Below are positions 24,699 to 32,000 of a stretch of DNA of 32,000 bases, piece after piece. The position numbers and the translations under genes are program-made. The DNA is taken from positions 870,001-902,000 of the forward strand of contig NZ_LN831039.1 in NCBI RefSeq assembly GCF_001457595.1, in the 5' to 3' direction. Within the stretch, counting starts at the first letter, position 1. The number at the start of each line of letters is the position of its first letter. This DNA comes from Mycolicibacterium smegmatis. GTDB taxonomy: Bacteria > Actinomycetota > Actinomycetes > Mycobacteriales > Mycobacteriaceae. The notes beneath the pieces are model-generated. The model was not told the DNA's origin. It ran no database searches and was given only the letters and a program-made list of their open reading frames with translations.

Positions 24699-25847
24699 TC
24701 AACTCCTCGGCAACGCGAACGCCAGGAACTGCGTCACCTCGAACGGCTGGAAGTTGTCGTCGCTGACCAGCACCACCGACTGGCGCCCGTCGGGCAGCCG
24801 CGGACCCAGGGTGAGCCCTTCGATGTTGTCGAGGCGGTCCAGACCTGGTGTCGCGCGCAGGTCGGCGGCCAGGGTCTTGGTCATCGGAATGACGGCCTGA
24901 TCTAGCAGTGAGGCCACGTCGAGCACGTCGGACGCGGGTCCGGTGTCCGCGCGGTACACCGACACCGCGACCTGACGCGGCAGGCTCGCGGCGCGCTCGA
25001 TGACCAGGAACGACGTCTCCGACAACGCCAGGATGTCGGAGACCCCGTTGAAGCCCGTCTCGGGAGCGGCGCGGTCGACGGGATACGCGTACTCCGCGAC
25101 AGGCGTCCGCGTGACGGTGTCGAACTTGGTGATGCGCACCAGCCCGGTGTGGTTCTCGTCGGTCGCAGGACCGTCCTGGTAGAGCGGTTGCTCCATCGCC
25201 GCGAAGAGGTAGCGCCCGTCCGGCGTCAGGGACAGCCCTTCGAGCACGCCGTTGGGCCGCGGACCGGCGGTCTGGTCCCCGGTGAACATGAAGCTCGGCG
25301 GCAGCGCGAACTCGCCCTGATAGGTCCCGTCGAGGCCGGCCACCCGGATCCACGGCTGCAGGATGGCGGGCTTGCCGGACGCGTCGTCGTGGATGTATCC
25401 CTCCGACGTCCAGTACAGGAGTCGGCGGCCGGCGTCGTAGGCGATCGCCTCGGCGTCGGGGGCCAGCACCGCCGGGTGGGCGGTGAAGTTGTTGCGTCCG
25501 AAAGGTTTTCCGGTCTCGTCGAGCAGCGGCTGGACACCGACGAACTGCACGTCGTCCACGCCGTTGCCGGACAGCCCGATTCGCGCGGTGTGGAAGCGGA
25601 CCGGGCCGTGCTCGGTCTTGTCGTCGCTGATGAGGTAGTACGTCTGATGCGCCGGGTCGTAGGTGATTCCCGAGAGGCCGCCAATCCTGTTGGGCGCACC
25701 GGCTTCCTGAGGCGGCAGCTGCCACTGGCCCAGATATTCGAGTGGTGTGTCGGCGACCGCGATCGGGGTGGTGGCGGCGGCTGCGGCGGCCATGACCGCC
25801 GCGGCGGTCATGGAGCGGGTCAACCGGAAAAGCGGATTCATACCCAT
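24699..25847 (-). CDS. Secreted phytase-like esterase family protein (beta-propeller type)
   Basis: A signal-peptide-like N-terminus runs from ATG 25847 (MGMNPLFRLTRSMTAAAVMAAAAAATTPIAVA/DTP). The body resembles the 'esterase-like activity of phytase' family (..GGLSGITYDP.., ..EGLTLGP..). Alternative starts are 25841 and 25955. Confidence 0.72.
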   Translation of the reverse strand: MGMNPLFRLTRSMTAAAVMAAAAAATTPIAVADTPLEYLGQWQLPPQEAGAPNRIGGLSGITYDPAHQTYYLISDDKTEHGPVRFHTARIGLSGNGVDDVQFVGVQPLLDETGKPFGRNNFTAHPAVLAPDAEAIAYDAGRRLLYWTSEGYIHDDASGKPAILQPWIRVAGLDGTYQGEFALPPSFMFTGDQTAGPRPNGVLEGLSLTPDGRYLFAAMEQPLYQDGPATDENHTGLVRITKFDTVTRTPVAEYAYPVDRAAPETGFNGVSDILALSETSFLVIERAASLPRQVAVSVYRADTGPASDVLDVASLLDQAVIPMTKTLAADLRATPGLDRLDNIEGLTLGPRLPDGRQSVVLVSDDNFQPFEVTQFLAFALPRS

Positions 25848-25953
25848 CCGGAACGCCGCCGCGGCCCGAGCGACTCGAGCGCCGGCCTTGGCGGATTTTC
25901 GATCACGGTGAGTCTGGCGGGCATATTGCGCGACGTCGAACGTTGAACACCTC

Positions 25954-26484
25954 ATGGGTATAGAAACGGTGGTGATGTCCGAGCCGGGTCGAACTCATGT
26001 GCAGTTCGTGGCGGTCGGCCAGGATGACCCGCTGGCCGCGCCGCTGCTCGACGAGCTTGCCGACGAGTACTCGTCGCGGTACGGCAGTACCCGCGACGCG
26101 GTGATGACCTGGCTGCTCAGCCAGCCCGCCGAGGTGTTCGCCCCGCCGACCGGCGGCATGTTCGTCGGCCTGCTCGCGGGTGAGCCCGTCACGGGAGGCG
26201 CCTTCCAGCGGTTCGACGACGACACCGCCGAACTCAAGCGGATCTGGACCCACAGCGCGTACCGCAAGCGCGGGCTGGCCAAGGCCCTGCTGACGCACCT
26301 GGAGGACCAGATCGCCGCCCGCGGCTACCGGAAGGTCTACCTGACCACGGGCCACCTGCAGCCCGAGGCCGAAGCGCTGTATGCGGCCGCCGGCTACACC
26401 CGCCTACCCGAACCGTTGCCCGCCGACGGCACGGTGTTCCCCGTCGCCTTCCACAAGGTGCTGCCGGCCGAGGAGTCCGCATGA
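25954..26484 (+). CDS. GNAT-family N-acetyltransferase
   Basis: The acetyl-CoA motif A is ..YRKRGLAKALL.. A possible alternative start is ATG 25975. Confidence 0.8.
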   Translation: MGIETVVMSEPGRTHVQFVAVGQDDPLAAPLLDELADEYSSRYGSTRDAVMTWLLSQPAEVFAPPTGGMFVGLLAGEPVTGGAFQRFDDDTAELKRIWTHSAYRKRGLAKALLTHLEDQIAARGYRKVYLTTGHLQPEAEALYAAAGYTRLPEPLPADGTVFPVAFHKVLPAEESA

Positions 26485-27578
26485 ACGTTCCGTTGTCGAT
26501 CCTGGATCTCGCGCCGATCAGCGCCGGCGCAGATGCCGCCACGGCACTGCGCAACACCGTCGACCTCGCGCAGCACGCCGAGCAGTGGGGATACAAGCGG
26601 TACTGGGTCGCCGAGCATCATTTCGTCGCCGTCGCGAGTTCGGCGCCCGCGGTGCTCGTGGGCCAGATCGCGGCGGCCACCGAGCGGATCCGCGTCGGCA
26701 CCGCCGCGGTGCAGCTCGGACACACCACCGCCGTCGCGGTGGTGGAGAGCTTCGGGATGCTCGAGGCGTTTTATCCCGGACGGATCGACCTGGGCGTGGG
26801 ACGGTCGGGGCAGCGACGCGTCGAGGCGATGCGGGAGAAGCCGAAAACACCCAAACCGCCCCGGGAATGGCACGAGATCGACGGCGTGGTGATCCCGGCG
26901 CCGTTCGACATGCGGGCCCTGCTGACCGACCCGCGACTGCAGACGCGCATGGCCGTCCTTCAGCAACCACAAGCTGTCGCACCGGATTTCGCCGATCAGC
27001 TCGACGACATTCTCGCGATGCTGGCAGACCGCTACGAAATCGGCACCGTGGTGCCGGGTGCGGGCAGCGGGCTGACCCCGTGGATCTTCGGCAGCAGCAA
27101 GGGGCAGAGCGCGAGCGTCGCTGCGGCCCAAGGCCTTCCGTTCGTCGCCAGCTACCACATCACGCCGGCGACCGCGCTGGAGGCAATCGAGTTGTACCGC
27201 AACGAGTTCACACCGTCGGAACACCTCTCCGAACCGTACGTCGTGGTGTCGGCCGACATCGTCGTCGCCGACGACGAACCCACCGCCAAACGGCTCGCGG
27301 CAGGATACGGGCACTGGGTGTACTCGATCCGCGCCGGTGGCGGCGCTGTTCCGTATCCGGACTCCGAGCACCTGCCGCCGCTCACCGACGACCAGCTGAA
27401 CCTGGTGAGAGACCGCGTCGCGACGCAGTTCGTCGGCGACCCCGATCAGGTGGCCGAACGCCTCGAGGCGCTGCGCCGCGTCACCGGCGCCGACGAACTC
27501 GTCATCACGTCGGTGACCCACCGCCACGAGGACCGGTTGCGGTCGCATGAGCTGATCGCTCAGCGCTGGGGACTGTGA
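26481..27578 (+). CDS. Luciferase-like (LLM class) flavin/deazaflavin-dependent oxidoreductase
   Basis: 365 aa with an LLM N-terminal pattern (..YKRYWVAEHHF.., ..GRIDLGVGRS..). ATGA overlap with the GNAT gene. Confidence 0.88.
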   Translation: MNVPLSILDLAPISAGADAATALRNTVDLAQHAEQWGYKRYWVAEHHFVAVASSAPAVLVGQIAAATERIRVGTAAVQLGHTTAVAVVESFGMLEAFYPGRIDLGVGRSGQRRVEAMREKPKTPKPPREWHEIDGVVIPAPFDMRALLTDPRLQTRMAVLQQPQAVAPDFADQLDDILAMLADRYEIGTVVPGAGSGLTPWIFGSSKGQSASVAAAQGLPFVASYHITPATALEAIELYRNEFTPSEHLSEPYVVVSADIVVADDEPTAKRLAAGYGHWVYSIRAGGGAVPYPDSEHLPPLTDDQLNLVRDRVATQFVGDPDQVAERLEALRRVTGADELVITSVTHRHEDRLRSHELIAQRWGL

Positions 27579-27643
27579 CGCGCAACTCGATGAAGCGTGC
27601 CCCGGACCGCCTATAGGCTGGGCCCCGCAAGAGCCGAACACCA

Positions 27644-27955
27644 GTGGGGGAGCGTTTGCCGAATCCGCAGGTAGTCGTCGGGTCGCTGTTGTTGGCGTCC
27701 GGCGTCCTGGTGTTCGCCGCCGGCGTGGCCGTGCGGTTGTTCATCGGTCGCCGCGCCGGCTCATCCAGGCTGCGCAGACGCATGTTCGCATTCCGCCGAA
27801 CCGCGGTGGCCAGGGTTTTCTTCGGTTCCGTCGACGATGACGAAGTGTTCGAACCCGACGAACTCGACCAGATGGTCCTCATGCCGACGATCGTGCTGGC
27901 ATGTGGTCTGTGCCTGACCGGCTTCTTTTTGCTGGGATACCGAGTTTTGAGCTAG
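27644..27955 (+). CDS. Small two-TM membrane protein (hypothetical)
   Basis: 103 aa starting at GTG, with two hydrophobic helices flanking a basic then acidic loop and reasonable GC3. I recognise no homology. Its stop overlaps the convergent MBL gene stop (CTAG). Confidence 0.45.
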   Translation: MGERLPNPQVVVGSLLLASGVLVFAAGVAVRLFIGRRAGSSRLRRRMFAFRRTAVARVFFGSVDDDEVFEPDELDQMVLMPTIVLACGLCLTGFFLLGYRVLS

Positions 27956-28698
27956 CGGGCCGGGGACGGCGCCGAGGATGCCGCCTGGTCCGCCATCTCA
28001 CGGATCGAGCCGCGCCAGACGTCGCCGTGGCCGGGCAGCAGCACCTCGGTGTCGAGCAGCCCCAGCGCACCGAGGCTGCGCAGACACGCCTGCTGGTCGT
28101 GGTTGAACACCTGATGCAGCAACTGAGGGCCGCGCCGCGAGGAGGTCGGGTGGCCCGTCACCAGAGCGTCGCCGGCCACCAGGACACCATCGACCAGATA
28201 GGAGCAGTGCCCGCCGGTGTGTCCGGGAGTCGGAATCGCGGTGGGTTTTCCCGGCAGCCCGATCTCGGGGGTGAACGCCTGCGTTGAGGGGATGCCGGAA
28301 TGATCGAATGCGCCCTGACGGGAGATCGCCAGTGCCCACTTCAGCCAGCGCGGCTGCCAAACCTGACGGGCCACGCCCGCCGGGGTGGCCTGCTCCAGGT
28401 ACTCGCGCCTGGCGTGGCCGACTTCGTCTGCGTGGCAATACACCGGTGTGCCATAGGTTTTCGCGAGCCAGATGGCAGTGCCGAAGTGGTCGACGTGGGC
28501 GTGGGTGAGCAGCACGGCCTTGATGTCGTCGGGACCGAATCCCAGTTGCCGCACCGAATCGAGCACGTCCTCACGTTGACCCGGGAACCCCGCGTCGATG
28601 AGCAGTACGCCGTCGTCACCGGTCACCAGCGTCCAGTTGACGAGGTCGGTGCGGGCGAAATGGACGCGGTCGGTGATCTTGTTCAGGGCTACTGCCAT
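27952..28698 (-). CDS. MBL-fold metallo-hydrolase
   Basis: HxHxDH motif in LLTHAHVDHFG, plus later His/Asp ligands (..TPGHTGGH..). 248 aa. Confidence 0.88.
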   Translation of the reverse strand: MAVALNKITDRVHFARTDLVNWTLVTGDDGVLLIDAGFPGQREDVLDSVRQLGFGPDDIKAVLLTHAHVDHFGTAIWLAKTYGTPVYCHADEVGHARREYLEQATPAGVARQVWQPRWLKWALAISRQGAFDHSGIPSTQAFTPEIGLPGKPTAIPTPGHTGGHCSYLVDGVLVAGDALVTGHPTSSRRGPQLLHQVFNHDQQACLRSLGALGLLDTEVLLPGHGDVWRGSIREMADQAASSAPSPAR

Positions 28699-28704
28699 GC
28701 CGTG

Positions 28705-28710
28705 AGTTTA
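28705..28710 (-). promoter_or_regulatory. Candidate -10 hexamer (TAAACT) for leaderless MBL hydrolase mRNA
   Basis: Minus strand reads TAAACT, CACGGC (6 nt), ATG 28698. It lies within a spacer of only 31 nt shared with the divergent fgd. Confidence 0.4.
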
Positions 28711-28729
28711 GGCATTGGAGTAGAAACGA

Positions 28730-29743
28730 ATGGTGGCTGAATTGAAGCTAGGTTACAAGGCATCTGCGGAGCAGTTTGCTCCTCGCGAGTTGGTCGAGTT
28801 GGCGGTTTTGGCCGAGTCGGCAGGTATGGACAGTGCGACTGTCAGTGATCATTTCCAGCCGTGGCGTCACGAAGGTGGGCATGCGCCGTTCTCGCTGGCG
28901 TGGATGACCGCGGTGGGCGAGCGCACCAAGAACCTGGTGCTGGGGACGTCGGTGCTGACGCCGACGTTCCGGTACAACCCGGCGGTGATCGCCCAGGCGT
29001 TCGCGACGATGGGATGTCTGTATCCGGGGCGGATCTTCCTCGGTGTGGGCACCGGTGAGGCGCTCAACGAGATCGCGACCGGGTATGCCGGCGAGTGGCC
29101 AGAGTTCAAGGAGCGGTTCGCGCGGCTACGCGAATCGGTGCGGTTGATGCGTGAGCTGTGGCTGGGGGACCGGGTCGATTTCGACGGCGAGTACTACCGC
29201 ACCAAGGGCGCGTCGATCTATGACGTGCCCGAGGGTGGCATCCCGGTGTACATCGCCGCGGGTGGTCCGGTGGTGGCCAAGTACGCCGGCCGTGCCGGTG
29301 ACGGGTTCATCTGCACCTCGGGCAAGGGTGAGGAGCTCTATGCCGAGAAGCTGATCCCGGCGGTCAAGGAGGGTGCTGCGGCCGCCGATCGCGACGCCGA
29401 CGCGATCGACCGGATGATCGAGATCAAGATCTCCTATGACACCGATCCCGAGTTGGCGCTGGAGAACACCCGGTTCTGGGCGCCGCTGTCGTTGACCGCC
29501 GAGCAGAAGCATTCGATCGACGATCCGATCGAGATGGAGAAGGCTGCCGACGCGTTGCCCATCGAGCAGGTCGCCAAGCGCTGGATCGTCGCGTCGGACC
29601 CCGACGAGGCGGTCGAGAAGGTCGGCCAGTACGTCAAGTGGGGGCTGAACCACCTGGTGTTCCACGCCCCGGGCCATGACCAGCGTCGATTCCTCGAGCT
29701 GTTCAAACGCGATCTGGAACCGCGGTTGCGCAAGCTGGCCTGA
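28730..29743 (+). CDS. fgd: F420-dependent glucose-6-phosphate dehydrogenase
   Basis: The sequence (M)[25 protein letters not shown]...[28 protein letters not shown]... is the well-known mycobacterial Fgd sequence pattern. GGAG lies 9 nt upstream. GTG 28733 is an alternative start. Confidence 0.94.
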   Translation: MVAELKLGYKASAEQFAPRELVELAVLAESAGMDSATVSDHFQPWRHEGGHAPFSLAWMTAVGERTKNLVLGTSVLTPTFRYNPAVIAQAFATMGCLYPGRIFLGVGTGEALNEIATGYAGEWPEFKERFARLRESVRLMRELWLGDRVDFDGEYYRTKGASIYDVPEGGIPVYIAAGGPVVAKYAGRAGDGFICTSGKGEELYAEKLIPAVKEGAAAADRDADAIDRMIEIKISYDTDPELALENTRFWAPLSLTAEQKHSIDDPIEMEKAADALPIEQVAKRWIVASDPDEAVEKVGQYVKWGLNHLVFHAPGHDQRRFLELFKRDLEPRLRKLA

Positions 29744-29760
29744 TTCTGGCCTGATTCTGG
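29735..29760. repeat. Tandem 11-nt duplication containing the fgd stop codon
   Basis: CTGGCCTGATT occurs at 29735-29745 and 29746-29756, followed by a partial CTGG at 29757-29760. Confidence 0.8.
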
Positions 29761-29822
29761 GCACTCGTGCGGGTGCTCGCGCGAGCTGCAGTGCTCGCGC
29801 GCGCGTTCACGCGGTCGCTCAC

Positions 29823-29893
29823 GCGCCGCGAGCGTGCGCGCAGCGCTGCTGATTCGCGGTGCGTCGGGCAGCAGACCCGCACGCTCGCGGTGC
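29823..29893. terminator. GC-rich compound hairpin between convergent fgd and gntR (terminator or structured element candidate)
   Basis: CCGCGAGCGTGCG (29826-29838) pairs perfectly with CGCACGCTCGCGG (29878-29890). An inner 6-bp stem pairs CTGCTG (29846-29851) with CAGCAG (29869-29874). Confidence 0.45.
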
Positions 29894-29921
29894 AGGGTGA
29901 CGCTGCGCGGTGCGGGGTGAC

Positions 29922-30686
29922 TCAGGCGGTGGTGCTGACAGAGCGTTGCACGGCACCGACGGTGCCGTGGCTCGTCGCGGTGAGACGCACGCGGTCGGCG
30001 CGGAACAGGTCGTAGGCGTATTCGAACGGCCTGCCCGTGTCGTCGCGGGTCACCCGCGTGATCGCCAGCAGCGGTTTGCGATGCGCGACATCGAGCCACT
30101 GGGCCTCGCGGGGGCTGGCGCTGACCACCTCGATGGTCTCGGTCGTGGTGGCGGGTGTCAGACCGTAGCGCACCTGCAGCAGTTCGTAGAGCGACCCGCC
30201 GAGCGGCTGTTCCAGCAGGTCGTTCATGCGTCCGGCGACGAAGCAGGCGAGGTCCACCGACAGGGGCACCCCGTCGGCGAACCGCAACCGCCGGATCGTG
30301 AAAATGTCTGTGCCCAGGGGCACTTCGAGGGCCTCGGCCTCGATGGCGGTCGCGGGCCTGCGGTCGGTGCCCAGTACACGGCTGGTGCTGGTGTGCCCGC
30401 CGCTGTGCAGGCGTGCGGGCAGACCGACCAGCTCGGCGGCATTGCGCTGCACCACGTCGGCCCGCACGAACGTGCCGCCGTTGCGGCCGGTGCGACGCTC
30501 CAGCACACCGGCCTGGCTCAACGGCAGCAGGGCGCTGCGCAGGGTGGACCGCGACACCGCGAAGGTCTCCGCCATCTCGCGCTCGGTGCCCAGCCGCGAA
30601 CCCGGACGCAGCATGCCCTGGGCCAGCATCGACAAAATCCGGCGGCGTACGTCTTCGGCCACCGGACCGCCCGACGTCTCCTCCAT
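29922..30686 (-). CDS. GntR-family transcriptional regulator, HutC subfamily (UTRA effector domain)
   Basis: 254 aa from ATG 30686. The wHTH is ..LGTEREMAETFAVSRSTLRSALLPLSQAGVLERRTGRNGGTFV.. and the C-terminal half is UTRA-like. The frame stays open upstream through the SDR gene, which explains the 428-aa track ORF. Confidence 0.88.
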   Translation of the reverse strand: MEETSGGPVAEDVRRRILSMLAQGMLRPGSRLGTEREMAETFAVSRSTLRSALLPLSQAGVLERRTGRNGGTFVRADVVQRNAAELVGLPARLHSGGHTSTSRVLGTDRRPATAIEAEALEVPLGTDIFTIRRLRFADGVPLSVDLACFVAGRMNDLLEQPLGGSLYELLQVRYGLTPATTTETIEVVSASPREAQWLDVAHRKPLLAITRVTRDDTGRPFEYAYDLFRADRVRLTATSHGTVGAVQRSVSTTA

Positions 30687-30694
30687 GGCCGGTG

Positions 30695-31471
30695 CTACGT
30701 CGCGATCGCGTCCAGGGACTCGGGCAGCACCTGTCCACCGTCGACGGCGATGGCCTGACCGGTGATGTAGCCGGCCTCCTTGGTGGCCAGGAACGCCGCG
30801 AGGTGGCCGATGTCCTCCGGGGTGCCCAGCGCGCCCGCGGGGATGGAGCGCGCCATGCTCGCGATGTACTCCTCGCCGTTCTCCAGCAGACCCTCGGTCA
30901 TGATGTTGCCGGGCATGATCGCGTTGACGGTGATCTTGTGCGTCGCCAATTCGATTGCGGCCGTGCGCATGAAGCCCAACTGCGCGGCCTTGGTGGCGCC
31001 GTAGTGCGACCAGCCGGGGTACCCGGTGATGGGACCGGTGATCGACGACGTCAGCACCACGCGCCCGCTGCCCGACGCGATCAGCGCGTCCAGGCAGGCC
31101 TGTACCGCGTAGAACGTGCCGTTGACGTTGACCGCGAAGATCCCGTTGAGCTGCTCGGGCGTCATGGTGGCCAGCGGCGCGTCGGGGAAGACGCCCGCGT
31201 TGGCGCACACGACGTCGATGCCACCGAACTCCTCAACGGCGCGCCCGGCGAGCGCATCGCACTGGGCGCGGTCGCTGACATCGGTCTGCACGCCGATGAC
31301 CTTGCCGGAACCCAACTGGTCGAGATCGGCCACACACGCGTCGATGTCGGCGGTCGAACGGCCCGCCACCGCCACATTGGCGCCGGCCCGCGCGAACACC
31401 GTGGCGATGCCGCGGCCGATGCCCTTGGTGCCGCCGGTGACCACCACTGAGCGGCCCTGCAGGTCGAACAT
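30695..31471 (-). CDS. SDR-family oxidoreductase (FabG-like)
   Basis: [12 protein letters not shown] and YGATKAA (YxxxK). AAGGAG lies 5 nt upstream of ATG 31471. An alternative ATG 31486 overlaps the upstream stop (ATGA). Confidence 0.88.
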   Translation of the reverse strand: MFDLQGRSVVVTGGTKGIGRGIATVFARAGANVAVAGRSTADIDACVADLDQLGSGKVIGVQTDVSDRAQCDALAGRAVEEFGGIDVVCANAGVFPDAPLATMTPEQLNGIFAVNVNGTFYAVQACLDALIASGSGRVVLTSSITGPITGYPGWSHYGATKAAQLGFMRTAAIELATHKITVNAIMPGNIMTEGLLENGEEYIASMARSIPAGALGTPEDIGHLAAFLATKEAGYITGQAIAVDGGQVLPESLDAIAT

Positions 31472-31482
31472 GTTTCTCCTTG

Positions 31483-32000
31483 TCATGCTGTCGGGGTGAG
31501 GGGTGACGCAAAAACCGCGTCCTGTAGCCAGCTTTGGTCGCCGAGGTAACGCTCGGCCAGACGCGCGGTGCCGCGCGCATAGTCGGCGCCGACGGAGATC
31601 GCGGCGTCGGCGTCGGCGTGCGAGGCGATCCACGCCGTCAACTGCACACGACGCAGCATGACGAACGTCGGGATCAACGCCAGGTGCTCCTCGGACAGCA
31701 CCCGCACCGCCTGGTATCCGCGCAGCCAGTCGGCGATCATGGCGTCGGCCTCCGGGGTGTCCTCGAGCCACGACACCACAGCGGCCAGATCGGCCAGATG
31801 CCAGCCCCAGCCGCAGTCGTCGAAATCGATCACGGTGATGCCCGCGCCCGGCGAGGACGGGTCGACCATGAGGTTGGACAGCCGCAGGTCGGCATGGATG
31901 AGCCCGAACCGGTCCGAACCGGTGCCGAATTTGCTGATCCGCGAGGTGATCTCGGTCACGGCGCGCTCGATCGCCGCTGTGTCGCCCTTGGTGAGCGCCG
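31483..32000 (-). CDS. APH/choline-kinase-type phosphotransferase, C-terminal part (5' end outside window)
   Basis: The catalytic loop is [13 protein letters not shown] (HxDxxxxN) and the metal-binding motif is IDFDD. The frame remains open to the window edge. Confidence 0.8.
   Translation of the reverse strand, partial: ALTKGDTAAIERAVTEITSRISKFGTGSDRFGLIHADLRLSNLMVDPSSPGAGITVIDFDDCGWGWHLADLAAVVSWLEDTPEADAMIADWLRGYQAVRVLSEEHLALIPTFVMLRRVQLTAWIASHADADAAISVGADYARGTARLAERYLGDQSWLQDAVFASPLTPTA

Noticed and set aside
27609-27618. A 10-nt palindrome GCCTATAGGC upstream of the small membrane-protein ORF, considered as a possible operator or promoter.
   Set aside because: It is short, isolated and not at a defined distance from a supported start codon, and the downstream ORF is itself low-confidence.
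28730-28861. The fgd 5' end looked unusually rich in A/T-ending codons, 17 of the first 44 by hand count. This suggested foreign origin or a special translational ramp.
   Set aside because: The same count for purA gives 12 of 44 and for fba 6 of 44. So reduced GC3 at 5' ends is a general, variable feature here, and the fgd value is not clearly exceptional without a genome-wide baseline.
29767-30015. An 82-aa plus-strand ORF covering the fgd/gntR spacer.
   Set aside because: Its translation is Arg/Ala-rich and driven by the GC-rich repeats, it runs antisense into gntR, and it has no SD or promoter-like signal. It is better explained as a non-coding structured spacer.
30687-31208. An apparent fusion of the GntR regulator with upstream sequence (428-aa ORF 29922-31208).
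   Set aside because: The upstream part is out of frame within the FabG-like SDR, which has clear TGxxxGxG and YxxxK motifs. The GntR wHTH begins shortly after ATG 30686.

Overview
This is a high-GC actinobacterial chromosome segment. Gene content and order (cox cluster, dedA, fba, purA, purT, rhodanese-metZ, fgd) match the conserved mycobacterial core. It looks like Mycolicibacterium (Mycobacterium) smegmatis or a close relative; that is recognition-based inference, not a database hit.

The window is almost entirely coding, with about 37 CDS, many joined by 1-8 nt overlaps. I see no rRNA or tRNA, no CRISPR array, and no transposase, integrase or other mobile-element signature.

Genes from left to right:
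- The 3' part of a form-I aerobic CO dehydrogenase operon (coxS partial, coxL with the AYXCSFR loop), followed by XdhC-, MoxR/CoxD-, CoxG- and VWA/CoxE-type accessory genes.
- dedA, class II fructose-bisphosphate aldolase, an Rv0361-type membrane protein and a DUF3151-like protein.
- A CDF metal exporter with a palindromic operator, an unknown divergent gene, an M50 metalloprotease, an Rv0358-like protein, and purA with a hotdog thioesterase.
- A minus-strand cluster of CPA1 Na+/H+ antiporter, MMPL transporter, cytochrome P450 and [3Fe-4S] ferredoxin.
- A tightly packed plus-strand string of zf-UBP protein, purT, a second Rv0361-type membrane protein, rhodanese, metZ and an unknown protein, closed by a perfect 20-bp hairpin.
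- An SDR, a secreted phytase-like esterase, GNAT plus a luciferase-like monooxygenase, a small membrane protein, an MBL-fold hydrolase and fgd (F420-dependent G6P dehydrogenase).
- A repeat-rich structured spacer, then a minus-strand phosphotransferase-SDR-GntR/HutC operon that runs off the right edge.

I found no convincing defence island or clearly novel multi-gene machine. The best candidates for under-described biology are:
- the overlapping antiporter-MMPL pair with its P450/ferredoxin neighbours;
- the CDF operator that carries back-to-back divergent -10 boxes;
- a PurT with an acidic N-terminal extension and an altered Gly-rich loop;
- a recurring leaderless-promoter geometry;
- the repeat-laden fgd/gntR spacer.

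All start codons were chosen by eye. No alignments or folding calculations were run.
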